Source: Eubacteriales bacterium | GTDB lineage: Bacteria; Bacillota; Clostridia; Oscillospirales; CAG-382 | DNA length: 53,433 bases | NCBI GenBank assembly: GCA_045646465.1 | Contig: JAZRKT010000032.1 | Span: 1 to 53,433 of the forward strand | Direction of reading: 5' to 3' | In this document: piece after piece, positions 9,640 through 19,319 of the stretch | Layout: each line of letters begins with the position of its first letter | How positions within the stretch are numbered: the first letter of the stretch is position 1 | The notes under the pieces: generated by a model | Databases searched by the model: none | The model's input: the letters and a program-made list of their open reading frames with translations, nothing else | Told to the model about the DNA's origin: nothing | Program-made: the position numbers and the translations under genes

Positions 9640-10401
9640 CTAAAATCTTTCCACAAGCTCTGCAGCTATACTGTCATATGCCGCCGCGCCCTTCGAATGT
9701 TTATCGTAATACTTTATGGGCATACCGTAGCTGGGTGCCTCGGACAGTCTTACGTTTCTGGGTACAGGTGTTTTAAAGAGCTTTCCCGGCAGATGCTTTT
9801 TGATTTCTTCAAGTACCTGAAGGGAAAGGTTGAGTCTTCCGTCAAACATTGTTACAACCACTCCGTCAAGTGACAGACGGGGATTGTACTTATTTCTTAC
9901 AATTGACAGCGTTTTCATAAGCTGGCTTAAGCCTTCAAGTGCAAAATATTCGCACTGCATAGGCACAATTACGCCGTCGGATGCACAAAGTGCATTGATT
10001 GTAAGAAGTCCCAGCGACGGAGGACAATCTATAATTATGTAGTCGTAATCGGGACGGAGCATATCAAGAGCCATTTTCAGCTTTGCTTCACGCTTGCTTT
10101 GGTCGGCTATTTCAAGCTCTGCGCCTGCAAGGCTCATAGACGACGGAAGGCAGTGAAGATTTTCATAATCTGTTTTCACAAGCGCTTCATAGGGGTTTTC
10201 GCCCATCAGCACGTCATACACAGTATATTCACTTGTTTTATCAACACCAACGGCACTTGATGCATTGCCCTGCGGGTCAAAGTCGCAAAGCAGCACTCTT
10301 TTGCCGAGAGATGCAACACACGCCGCAATATTAACAGCGCTTGTGGTTTTTCCTACGCCTCCCTTTTGGTTGGCAAAGGATATAATTCTGCAAGTATTCA
10401 T
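9640..10401 (-). CDS. soj: ParA/Soj family chromosome-partitioning ATPase (no adjacent parB)
   Basis: Deviant Walker A KGGVGKTT, DFDPQGN, 253 aa. The sequence is collinear with Soj. Confidence 0.88.
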   Translation of the reverse strand: MNTCRIISFANQKGGVGKTTSAVNIAACVASLGKRVLLCDFDPQGNASSAVGVDKTSEYTVYDVLMGENPYEALVKTDYENLHCLPSSMSLAGAELEIADQSKREAKLKMALDMLRPDYDYIIIDCPPSLGLLTINALCASDGVIVPMQCEYFALEGLSQLMKTLSIVRNKYNPRLSLDGVVVTMFDGRLNLSLQVLEEIKKHLPGKLFKTPVPRNVRLSEAPSYGMPIKYYDKHSKGAAAYDSIAAELVERF

Positions 10402-10424
10402 ATTTTACTTCTTTCCTTTTGCCC

Positions 10425-12461
10425 TCAGGCAACATTAAGATAATTATCTATGGACTGCTTTAACTGCACCAGCGCCTCTGCCATAGAAGCTCCCTTCACC
10501 TGTGCACCTGCCGCGTCAAAATGTCCGCCTCCGCCAAGTGCTTCAAGCACAAGCTGTACGTTTACGTTTCCGTCGCTTCGTGCACTTATGCTGATTTCCT
10601 CACCAACAGTACAAAGCACAAAGGATGCCGAAACGCCATCAATTGACAGAAGTCTGTCCGCAGCCTTAGCTGCTGCAATTCTGTCGCTGCTTCTGCCGTC
10701 GTCCGACTCATAGGTGGAAATGGCAATACACTCGCGGTAAATCTGTATATTGTTTTCAAACAGCGATTCTCTCATAAAATCCTCGGCGCTTGTTCTGAAA
10801 AGCTTTTGTGCGTCGTAAGGATTTGCTCCCTCACCTCTTAAATACTGTGCCGCACCGAAGGTTCTGATGCCCGTGTTTTTAGTAAACTGCTTTGTGTCAA
10901 GGATAAGTCCCGAGAAAATAAGGTTTGCTTCCACAACAGGAAGGTCGCCGGGGTTTAAAATCTGCTCCAAGATTTCGCACATAAGCTCCGAAACGGAGGA
11001 TGCCGCCGGCTCAATATATGCAATCACAGGCTCGTTTGTAAATTCAGCTGCCTTTCTGTGGTGGTCGATAACAACAAATTTTGACGAAGCAAGATAAATT
11101 TCTGGTACTTCAAAAAGATTTACATTGTTGACGTCGCACACAACAAGAAGTGTATCAGAGCTCATAAGCTCCTGTGCGTTTTCTCTGTCAACAAACAAAT
11201 CGTTATATTCCTCGCCGCCTCTCATACTGTTGAAAATCGCTTTAAGATTGAAGTCGTGGATGTTTACAACAACATTTACCTGCTTGCCAAGATGCTTTGC
11301 TATTCTTGCAACGGCAACACTTGAAGCTATACAGTCGTGGTCAGCGTACTTATGTCCCATAACAAGCACATTTGAGCTTTGCTTTATAAGGGAGCACAGC
11401 TCGTTTGCAACAACACGGCTTCTGACCTTTGTCTTTTTCTGTACCGTCTGGCTTCTTCCTCCGTAAAACTCGGTGGTCGCCTCGGTTTTGACAATCGCCT
11501 GGTCGCCGCCTCGCTGAAGTGCAAGGTCAAGAGCAGCTCTGCTTGCCGCCTCCTTTTCCGAAAGGGTACCATTTATTGCACCGATTCCTATTGATGCGGT
11601 AAACTGCATTGCTGCATCGTCCACCGTTATTGAACGGATGGTGTCAAGTATGTCAAACTTATTTTCCTGCAAATTCTCAAGCTTTCCCTTTTCAAAGACA
11701 ATCATATACCTTTCTCTGTCGTATTCCTTGATAATACCTCCCAGAGATACGCACCATCTATCAAGTGCCGAGCCGATTACAGCCGCCGCCGTTCTGCTCT
11801 TGTCCTGAACAAACTGCGTAGCCTCTGAAAAGTTGTCAATTACGATAAAGGCACAAAGCGTATCCTTAGAGTCAAGCAAAAGCTTTGTTCTGTGAAGCTC
11901 CGTACAGTCATCCCACATCATAACGCAGTAGCTTTTACGTGAAGACAGCACATTACTGCAGTTGATATGATACTGTCTGTCATTAAGCGTAATTTCAAAT
12001 TCGCAGTTTTCCTGGCTAAAAAGTCTTGCAGGGTTAAGGTTGTGGCTTATGTCCTCGGAAATGCTTTTGCTGTAGAGAGCACCCTTGACGCCCGTAAGCT
12101 CAAGAAATTGTCGGTTGTACCAGGTAATTTCGCAGTTTTTATTGACTATTACAACTGGCTTTGAAAGTCCCGTTACAAAATCAAGAGTCATCGCCGAAAG
12201 CATAGGACTGTCAGATGCAAGTCTTGAAGAATTGGCCTCGCGGATTACGGTATAGGCAAAAAGCGCCGAGTATATTACAAAAGCCGCAGAATTTACCGCA
12301 AAGGCACTTTTGTTAATAAACGCAGAGCACACGGCCGCCGCAAAAAGGATAAGAGAAGCATACATAGCAATTCTTCGTTTTTTCAGAATTTTCATCAATT
12401 TGCCATAGTTCTTCAAAAAAGTCACCTCCGAAAAGGATTTTCGCTTTATATTATCAGACAC
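10425..12461 (-). CDS. gdpP: Cyclic-di-AMP phosphodiesterase GdpP (2 TM, PAS, degenerate GGDEF, DHH/DHHA1)
   Basis: Two N-terminal TM helices, DHH motif (HKYADHDC), DHHA1 GGGH (LGGGGHFDAAGAQ) and the yybS gene directly upstream as in Bacillus. The start is a GTG with a weak RBS, so the exact start is uncertain. Confidence 0.88.
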   Translation of the reverse strand: MSDNIKRKSFSEVTFLKNYGKLMKILKKRRIAMYASLILFAAAVCSAFINKSAFAVNSAAFVIYSALFAYTVIREANSSRLASDSPMLSAMTLDFVTGLSKPVVIVNKNCEITWYNRQFLELTGVKGALYSKSISEDISHNLNPARLFSQENCEFEITLNDRQYHINCSNVLSSRKSYCVMMWDDCTELHRTKLLLDSKDTLCAFIVIDNFSEATQFVQDKSRTAAAVIGSALDRWCVSLGGIIKEYDRERYMIVFEKGKLENLQENKFDILDTIRSITVDDAAMQFTASIGIGAINGTLSEKEAASRAALDLALQRGGDQAIVKTEATTEFYGGRSQTVQKKTKVRSRVVANELCSLIKQSSNVLVMGHKYADHDCIASSVAVARIAKHLGKQVNVVVNIHDFNLKAIFNSMRGGEEYNDLFVDRENAQELMSSDTLLVVCDVNNVNLFEVPEIYLASSKFVVIDHHRKAAEFTNEPVIAYIEPAASSVSELMCEILEQILNPGDLPVVEANLIFSGLILDTKQFTKNTGIRTFGAAQYLRGEGANPYDAQKLFRTSAEDFMRESLFENNIQIYRECIAISTYESDDGRSSDRIAAAKAADRLLSIDGVSASFVLCTVGEEISISARSDGNVNVQLVLEALGGGGHFDAAGAQVKGASMAEALVQLKQSIDNYLNVA

Positions 12462-12467
12462 TTACCG

Positions 12468-13811
12468 TTATGTGCCAGTATTTTCATTGTCCTGAGAATT
12501 TGCGTTTCCGCAAGTGTTTTCACCGTCTTGCTGTGATTTTTCTTCGCCGTTATCTTTGACGGGTATTTCCTTAAAGCCGCACATAATAAGCATAAGCTCG
12601 GTATCGCTTTTGATTTTTTTTCTTGCCGCCTCACCCTCAATGCGGTATCTCTGCTTTACAAAAGTCACTCCCAGCGAGCAAAGCAAGAGGTATCCCCACA
12701 TACCAAGGAACATTATGGGCACAACAGCAATTACCGCACACAAAAGGTACACAACCACCTTTGAACGTAGCGAGCCGTACAAAAAGAAGTGTATCGCTTT
12801 AAAGGTTGCTATTGTCACCACGGGAAGCATTATGAGTAGCATATTCATCACCGATGCCGCAATGCTTGCAGGCAAGCCGAAAATACTTCCGATTATGACA
12901 AACAGCAGAATTATGTCAAAAAACGTTATACAGCTTGACGGAATTCTGTAGCACCAGCGGCAGTCCATAATGCACACAAACAGCGGCATTTTATGGTATT
13001 TTGCCACCCGTGAAAAGGCTCCCGTGAAAATAAAGCCGTAAACCATACACATCAGCACAAACAGCGAAGGAAGTAACATTTTTACGATGCTGAGATAGCT
13101 TTTAAAGGCATCTGCAAGATAGGAAGCTGCCTTATCGGGCTCCATTTGTGAAATTTCCGGAATAATCACACGGAATGATTCATACACCGAGCTGTCGGAA
13201 AATTCCTGCAGGAGAGTCGCTTTAAATGTGTCAGCTGTAGAATTTATGATGTCGTTCATCATTTCAACTGCAAGTGAAATGTCGGCACTACCCTTGGTGT
13301 ATACAAGAAAAATCAGACCCGTAACTAAAAGTACACCGCACGTTACCGCCGTCAGCGCCGTAAAGCACCACAGCTTTGTCTTTTTGCCCACAACGGTAAC
13401 ACAGAACACCGTCGCCGCCAGAAAGCACAGTATATAAGTGCTTGACGACAGAACAAAATTTTCGTAGCCATCATATGGCAAGGGAAAGGCAAAACATCTT
13501 ATGCCGTACGCCGCAACGGGTGCCAGCGTACATACCGCTTTCAGTATCATCGGCGAAAACAGCAGAGTATAGCTGAAAAGCGCAGGGAATAAAAACAATG
13601 CAACAACTCCCAGAGATGAGAAAGCTCCAAGCACGCCTGAATCAATTGCAAAGTATCCAAGAACGCTTACAACAACTGAATACAGCACGTGATACAAAAG
13701 CGATCTCTCTTTGCGCTGTTGAGACATAAGTTGGGAATACACGCAGTTTTCAATGATTCCTACATCTTTTATTCTGTTTTCTCTTAAGTCGGGATAATTG
13801 AACTGAGCCAT
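12468..13811 (-). CDS. YybS-like DUF2232 polytopic membrane protein
   Basis: 447-aa multi-TM protein immediately upstream of gdpP, the conserved yybS-gdpP pairing. Confidence 0.7.
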   Translation of the reverse strand: MAQFNYPDLRENRIKDVGIIENCVYSQLMSQQRKERSLLYHVLYSVVVSVLGYFAIDSGVLGAFSSLGVVALFLFPALFSYTLLFSPMILKAVCTLAPVAAYGIRCFAFPLPYDGYENFVLSSSTYILCFLAATVFCVTVVGKKTKLWCFTALTAVTCGVLLVTGLIFLVYTKGSADISLAVEMMNDIINSTADTFKATLLQEFSDSSVYESFRVIIPEISQMEPDKAASYLADAFKSYLSIVKMLLPSLFVLMCMVYGFIFTGAFSRVAKYHKMPLFVCIMDCRWCYRIPSSCITFFDIILLFVIIGSIFGLPASIAASVMNMLLIMLPVVTIATFKAIHFFLYGSLRSKVVVYLLCAVIAVVPIMFLGMWGYLLLCSLGVTFVKQRYRIEGEAARKKIKSDTELMLIMCGFKEIPVKDNGEEKSQQDGENTCGNANSQDNENTGT

Positions 13812-13880
13812 GTATTTTCCTCTTTAATAAAGTAATTATCGTTATATTATATCATACCCGGTCAAAAATTGCAAGGTTTT

Positions 13881-14792
13881 TTACCTGATTACCACACGGT
13901 TATGGAAAACGGGAATACAGATATTGGCGCAAGCCGGACAGGAAAAAGCGTGTGAAAGACTTGCAAGTGCCGTATCACCGTCGCTCTCCACAGTCTTTTT
14001 ATAGCTGATACCCGTTTCATCAAAATACACGCATATATTTTGGGTAAGGGAGCTGTCACAGCAAACGCCTTTATCGCAAAGCTTTACAATGTATTTGTCA
14101 TCAGGCGAATATTTTTCACCGCAGTTCATTGCAGAAATAAGAATTACCTCATCGGGATTTTTCCCGTGACAGGCAGTAAGTGCACCTCTTGACATAAGAC
14201 TGCTCTGCGCAAGAAGTGCCACTGTCACACATCCGACGCCGTACTTTTCCAAAACAGCCTGTCCCTGTAAATCGAGCAACCTGCAAATGCCGTCTATTGC
14301 AGTATAAAGAGCACACTTTTCTCCTGCACCGTGTCCCCAGCACACACCGTTTTCAAGAAAGCTGACAGCACCGTCGAAGTATCCCTTATCGCCCTGCTTT
14401 ACTTTGTCGGAAACATTTTTGTCGTAGGTTTCAACGTAGCAGTCTGTAACAGCCGTACTGCCACAGTAATTGTCGGGCGCAACAAGCACGCCCTGAGCCT
14501 TTTCAAACACAACTTTTGTAAATGCCGTCTGCATTACTGAGCTTTTTCCAAGAGAGCCCACATATATTTTGCTTCCCTCAATGTATGTTGCAACCACTCC
14601 GCCCACATCCAGCGGAGCACACAGCATAACGTGCTTTCCTTCTCCTGTCTTTTTGCTGAAAAACACGTTGCCTATGCCGTCGGACGTTTCTTCACAGCCA
14701 TAAGGAGCAAGCTCTTTTCTTATGAGAGCTGTCATTCCTTTATTTTCACTGGGTACAGACGGGCAATTGCAAATCTTTTCAAACAAACTCAT
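13881..14792 (-). CDS. M42-like peptidase paralogue lacking the metal-binding motifs (probable pseudo-peptidase)
   Basis: It is collinear with the two upstream M42 proteins, but it reads LCAPLD where they have AHMD/AHLD, and there are no DD or EE motifs. The start is set at MSLFEKI (14792) with AGGAGAAG upstream. Confidence 0.6.
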   Translation of the reverse strand: MSLFEKICNCPSVPSENKGMTALIRKELAPYGCEETSDGIGNVFFSKKTGEGKHVMLCAPLDVGGVVATYIEGSKIYVGSLGKSSVMQTAFTKVVFEKAQGVLVAPDNYCGSTAVTDCYVETYDKNVSDKVKQGDKGYFDGAVSFLENGVCWGHGAGEKCALYTAIDGICRLLDLQGQAVLEKYGVGCVTVALLAQSSLMSRGALTACHGKNPDEVILISAMNCGEKYSPDDKYIVKLCDKGVCCDSSLTQNICVYFDETGISYKKTVESDGDTALASLSHAFSCPACANICIPVFHNRVVIR

Positions 14793-14805
14793 TTTTCTTC
14801 TCCTG

Positions 14806-15840
14806 TCAAAAACGTGCCTCATCGCACACGCCTTTTAAAATTGCGTACATTTCTTCCATATCCTCAATCGCCGCAACGCTTGAAGAAGTGTGTATATATC
14901 TGCAGGGCAATGAAACAACCGCCGTCTTTACTCCGCCAAGGCTTCTTTGTATTCTCGCCGCATCCGTTCCGCCTGCAATTTTTGTTTTTACCTGAATTTT
15001 CAGATTGTTAGCGTTTGCATAGTCGTGTATACAGGTATACATTTCGTTATCATACAGCGTACCGCCGTCCATAAAGGGACACACCGCGCCGTGTCTCACC
15101 TTACAAACTTTGTCCTTTTCGGGAACACCGTCAAGGTCTGACGCCGTCGTGCCCTCAACAACAATACACACGTCGGGGTTTATTCTGTGTGTTGCGGCAC
15201 AGGCTCCTACTGAGCCAAGCTCCTCGCCGACAGTAAAGGCAAAGTACATATCGTTGCGAAAGCTTTCCTTTGCAAGCATACAAAGAATTGCACACCCTAT
15301 TCTGTCATCAAGCGCCTTTGCCTTGACAAGACCTCCCTGCATATATACAAAATCGCTGTCAAAGCACACGCCCTCACCTAACAGCTCAAGACTTTGCGCT
15401 TCTTCTTTATTTTTTGCTCCAATATCAATTACAAGGTCACTCACAGCACACGCCTTTGTCTTATCCTTACAAAGATGAATAGGCCTTGCGCTGATAACGC
15501 CCTTAATTCTGTCACGTCCCACAACAACTTTTTTTGACGGCAGCACGGTATTTACCATACCCACCTCATCAAAATCAAGAGTGCCGTCGTCGTTGATGTG
15601 CTTTACTGCAAAGCCAACTTCGTCCATATGGGCGCACAACATAATTTTCTTGGTCGCTGCCGTTCCTTTTTTGGAGGCAATAATATTTCCGACGCTGTCC
15701 TTCATTACGATGTCACAGTGCTCTTTTATTTCCTTTACGATAATATCCGCCGTTTCATCCTCATATCCCGATACACCGAAGGACTGACACAGCCTTTCAA
15801 GAAGCTCAAGTCCTTTTTCGTCAAAATACTTAAAGCTCAC
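14806..15840 (-). CDS. M42 family metallopeptidase (glutamyl aminopeptidase/FrvX-CelM type)
   Basis: Motifs LCAHMDEVGF, ALDDRIGC, VGEELG and RYIHTSS. I prefer the GTG at 15840 (AAGGAGG 8 nt upstream) over the track ATG at 15873. Confidence 0.85.
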   Translation of the reverse strand: MSFKYFDEKGLELLERLCQSFGVSGYEDETADIIVKEIKEHCDIVMKDSVGNIIASKKGTAATKKIMLCAHMDEVGFAVKHINDDGTLDFDEVGMVNTVLPSKKVVVGRDRIKGVISARPIHLCKDKTKACAVSDLVIDIGAKNKEEAQSLELLGEGVCFDSDFVYMQGGLVKAKALDDRIGCAILCMLAKESFRNDMYFAFTVGEELGSVGACAATHRINPDVCIVVEGTTASDLDGVPEKDKVCKVRHGAVCPFMDGGTLYDNEMYTCIHDYANANNLKIQVKTKIAGGTDAARIQRSLGGVKTAVVSLPCRYIHTSSSVAAIEDMEEMYAILKGVCDEARF

Positions 15841-16927
15841 CTTCTGCGCCTCCTTTGTGGTATACAGGTACACCTATTGGCTTTTTATCATATTCAATCG
15901 CCAGTTCTTTAAGAACACCTGCCGCGCTTACAACGTCGTCAAGGCTTGCACATTCCACAGAAGAATGCATATACTTCACAGGCACCGACAGCACAGATGC
16001 AGCAATGCCCTTTCCCGTTCTTGCCGCAACATCTGCATTTGTGCCCGTTGACGTCATTTCAAGCACCGTCTGAAAGGGTATACTGTTTTTCCTTGCGCAG
16101 TCTATGATAGCTCTTGTAAGCGCCTTGTTTGTAACACTTGAAATTGATGTCATTGCACCCTCTCCAAGTAATCCGTATTCGCCGTCAACACTGCCCTTTT
16201 CCTTTGCAAAGTTAACATCAAGCACCACAACCGCATCAGGGCAAATTTCGTCGTACATATGGTATGAGCCATTGCCGCCTCTTTCTTCGCCGCTGCTAAA
16301 ATAGCAGTAAATGTCGGTATTATCAAGTTCTGTGCTTTTCATAAGCTTTAGTGCATACAGCACAGCCGTCATACATATTTTATCGTCAAGTCCCGTAGAG
16401 GCGACTCTGTTGTTAAGAAGTCTTGTAAAATGAGGATACATAACGGCAGGTGTGCCGATTTCCACGTACCTTTCAGTTTCCTCTTTTGTCGCAAAGCCCG
16501 TATCAACAAGAAGCTGTCCTGTTTCGGGAAGCTTATCCGACGTAGACAGATGAGGAGGCACGGACGAAAACACGGCTCTTATGTCCTTTTTTCCGCAAAG
16601 AAGCACCTCGCTTGACGGAAGAATATTTACGTCAATACCGCCCATAGGCGACATTCTTACATATCCGCCGTCGCAAATCTCTGACACCGCAAAGCCCACC
16701 GTATCAAGGTGAGCATCAAAGGCAAGACGGTATTTACACGCACCCTTGCTTTTTTTCACAAGAACAACGCTTCCGCTTTTGGTGACAAAGCCGTCGTCAA
16801 AGCAATCCTTTGCGTAATCCTTGCATATATCAAGTATCCTGCTTGCCGTTCTTTTTTCATAACCGCAGACGGTTACGGTTTTTACAAGCTTTTCGGTTAA
16901 AGCTTCTAATTCTTCAACAAAACCCAT
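15830..16927 (-). CDS. M42 family metallopeptidase
   Basis: Motifs FDAHLDTVGF, GLDDKIC, SGEERGG, VVLDVN and KYMHSS. Confidence 0.85.
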   Translation of the reverse strand: MGFVEELEALTEKLVKTVTVCGYEKRTASRILDICKDYAKDCFDDGFVTKSGSVVLVKKSKGACKYRLAFDAHLDTVGFAVSEICDGGYVRMSPMGGIDVNILPSSEVLLCGKKDIRAVFSSVPPHLSTSDKLPETGQLLVDTGFATKEETERYVEIGTPAVMYPHFTRLLNNRVASTGLDDKICMTAVLYALKLMKSTELDNTDIYCYFSSGEERGGNGSYHMYDEICPDAVVVLDVNFAKEKGSVDGEYGLLGEGAMTSISSVTNKALTRAIIDCARKNSIPFQTVLEMTSTGTNADVAARTGKGIAASVLSVPVKYMHSSVECASLDDVVSAAGVLKELAIEYDKKPIGVPVYHKGGAEGEL

Positions 16928-17042
16928 AGCTGTTCCTTTCGGGATTATTAGTATACAGATATCTCCGCTATTCTGTGGAAAACAAGATCGGTCACATTAT
17001 TGCCTTGCGCTTCGTCCAGCATTTGCTGTGTGATTTCACCCG

Positions 17043-19274
17043 TCATAACTGCTTTTTCTTTGCAGACTGAAGCATACGTTCAAGTCCCGTGTTTCTTGTG
17101 TTTTTGCGCACATTTGACACCATAAGTGACATTATTTCGGGTTTTCCCGTAAGTACGGCGATTTTTTCGGCACGTGTCAGCGCCGTGTATAGCATATTTC
17201 TACTGAGAAGTCCCTGCGGGCAGTCAAACAGCGGAACAATTACCGACTTATATTCACTTCCCTGACTTTTATGAACCGTTATTGCATAAGCGTGTTCAAG
17301 GTCGTCAAAGCAGGAGTAGTCAAGAATGGCAATTCTTCCGTCGTCAAAACGAAGCGTAAAGCATTGCTCCTGGCGGTTTATCTCGGAAATTATGCCTATA
17401 TCGCCGTTGAAAATACCGCAGCCACTTTGTCCGTCCTCATCCGTCCACTCTATATCGTAATTATTTCGTACCGCCATAACCTTATCGCCCTGACGGAACA
17501 CCGTTTCACCTGTCTTGTGTTCAATTTTATTAACCGCAGCCGGATTTAAAACTCCCTGCAAAAGAGAATTCAACGCCGTTGTTCCCGCTTCGCCCTTACG
17601 CGACGGACAGATAACCTGTATGTCCGACAGCGCATCAAAGCCGTATGCTGACGGAAGCCTTGACGTACAAAGCTGTACAACCAGCTCTCTTAAATCCTTT
17701 GCAGACTCACGTTTAAGAAAAAAGTAGTCGCTGCTGTTATTGGAAAGAGGCATTTTACCGTCCTTTATAAGATGGGCGTTGGTAACAATACTGCTTCCCT
17801 TTGCCTGTCTGAAAATCTCACACAGCTTTACCGAATGAAAGCATCCGCTTTTGATTATATCGCTAAAAACATCGCCTGCGCCTACCGGAGAAAGCTGGTC
17901 GGCGTCGCCGATAATTATGAGTCTTGCTCCGGGGCGTATGGCTCTCAGCAAGCTACAGAACAAAAATAAATCCACCATCGACGCCTCATCAATAATTACG
18001 GCGTCCTGTTCAAGAAGATTGTCCTCATCTCTGCCAAAGCGTGCTTCGTCCTCGCCCTCGCCTGAAAATCTGCATTCAAGCAGACGGTGTATTGTGGTTG
18101 CCTTGAAGCCTGTTGCCGCGGACATTCTCTTTGCAGCTCTGCCTGTAGGTGCGGCAAGGCAGAAGTCAACCTCTATTTTCTTAAGCATTTCGATAATTGC
18201 ACGTATTACCGTGGTTTTTCCCGTTCCGGGACCGCCCGTAACCACCGCTACGCCCTGAGTCACGCAGTTTTTAACCGCCTCTCTCTGAAGGTCGGCAAAC
18301 TCTATGCCCTGTTCCTTTTCTACTCTGTTTATTTCTGAATCAATATTTTCTATTGGTATATTTATTGCCGTTCTGTCAAGAAGCAACAGCTTTTCTGCAC
18401 AGAACCTCTCGGTACGATACACCTTTTCAAGGTATACCTGTATATCGCCTTCGGCACCCTTTACCGCCACAAGCTCACCGCCCTGTGACAGTATTGCCAC
18501 CACCTCTTCAACGCTCTCCATTGGCACCGATAGAACGGTGCTTGTCTTGGACAGCAGACTTTCAAGTGAAACATAGCAATGACCGTTACGAGAAAGCTCC
18601 AATGACAACAGATACTTTATACCCGAAGCAATTCTTTCTTGGCTGTCACCGGGAATCCCCATTTTTCTTGCCATTGCATCAGCCTTTTCAAAGCCGATGC
18701 CTTCCAGCTCCTCACAAAGAAGGTAAGGATTGTTGCGCAATACATCTACCGCCGCATTGCCCCATTTCTTAAATGCTTTAAGAGACAGTCTTGGCGACAG
18801 CATACCCTCAAAGTACAGCATAACCTGACGCATACCGTACTGATTGTTGAAGCTTTCGCTTATTTCCTTGACTCTTTTCGGGGAAATGCCCTTTATATCC
18901 ACAAGATAATCGGGGTGCTCCTCAATAACCTTTAACGTTTCCTCGCCGTATCTGTCTACGATTCTCTTTGCCGTAACGGGACCTATGCCCTTTATGACGC
19001 CTGATGACAGGTAAGACAGAATTGCATCGGTTGTGGCAGGAAGCTCTCTTTTATAGCTTTCGACACTAAACTGTCTGCCATAGGTATGATGATTCTTCCA
19101 CACGCCCTCGGCGAAGATATATTCACCCTCGTTAATAGCGGGTATACAGCCTACAAGGGTGATTTCCTCACCCTCGCAGTCTATGGTACAAATTGTGTAG
19201 CCGTTGTCGGGATTATGGTAGGTAATGTTATCCACCATACCTTTAACGGTATTATTGCTTGCTGAGCTGTCCAA
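17043..19274 (-). CDS. recD2: SF1B ATP-dependent RecD-like DNA helicase (RecD2)
   Basis: 743 aa with Walker A GGPGTGKTT, an HhH region and C-terminal YAITVHKSQGSE. The start is uncertain: TTG at 19274 or ATG at 19238. Confidence 0.9.
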   Translation of the reverse strand: MDSSASNNTVKGMVDNITYHNPDNGYTICTIDCEGEEITLVGCIPAINEGEYIFAEGVWKNHHTYGRQFSVESYKRELPATTDAILSYLSSGVIKGIGPVTAKRIVDRYGEETLKVIEEHPDYLVDIKGISPKRVKEISESFNNQYGMRQVMLYFEGMLSPRLSLKAFKKWGNAAVDVLRNNPYLLCEELEGIGFEKADAMARKMGIPGDSQERIASGIKYLLSLELSRNGHCYVSLESLLSKTSTVLSVPMESVEEVVAILSQGGELVAVKGAEGDIQVYLEKVYRTERFCAEKLLLLDRTAINIPIENIDSEINRVEKEQGIEFADLQREAVKNCVTQGVAVVTGGPGTGKTTVIRAIIEMLKKIEVDFCLAAPTGRAAKRMSAATGFKATTIHRLLECRFSGEGEDEARFGRDEDNLLEQDAVIIDEASMVDLFLFCSLLRAIRPGARLIIIGDADQLSPVGAGDVFSDIIKSGCFHSVKLCEIFRQAKGSSIVTNAHLIKDGKMPLSNNSSDYFFLKRESAKDLRELVVQLCTSRLPSAYGFDALSDIQVICPSRKGEAGTTALNSLLQGVLNPAAVNKIEHKTGETVFRQGDKVMAVRNNYDIEWTDEDGQSGCGIFNGDIGIISEINRQEQCFTLRFDDGRIAILDYSCFDDLEHAYAITVHKSQGSEYKSVIVPLFDCPQGLLSRNMLYTALTRAEKIAVLTGKPEIMSLMVSNVRKNTRNTGLERMLQSAKKKQL

Positions 19275-19319
19275 GGCTTAAACACTACCTCCTTTCCCAA
19301 AAATCACACCGAAATACGC

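Noticed and set aside
16974-16982. A one-mismatch DnaA box (TGTGGAAAA) in the recD2/M42 intergenic region. A TTCTCCACA also occurs in ecfA1 at about 2464.
   Set aside because: These are isolated single near-matches, expected by chance many times in 53 kb, and they are not clustered.
16948-17046. A 32-aa ORF (MTGEITQQMLDEAQGNNVTDLVFHRIAEISVY) whose ATG overlaps the recD2 stop codon (ATGA).
   Set aside because: The ATGA overlap arises trivially from a Leu(TTA)-TGA ending. The peptide has no recognisable motif, and a 32-codon open frame is expected by chance fairly often. It would need Ribo-seq or conservation evidence.
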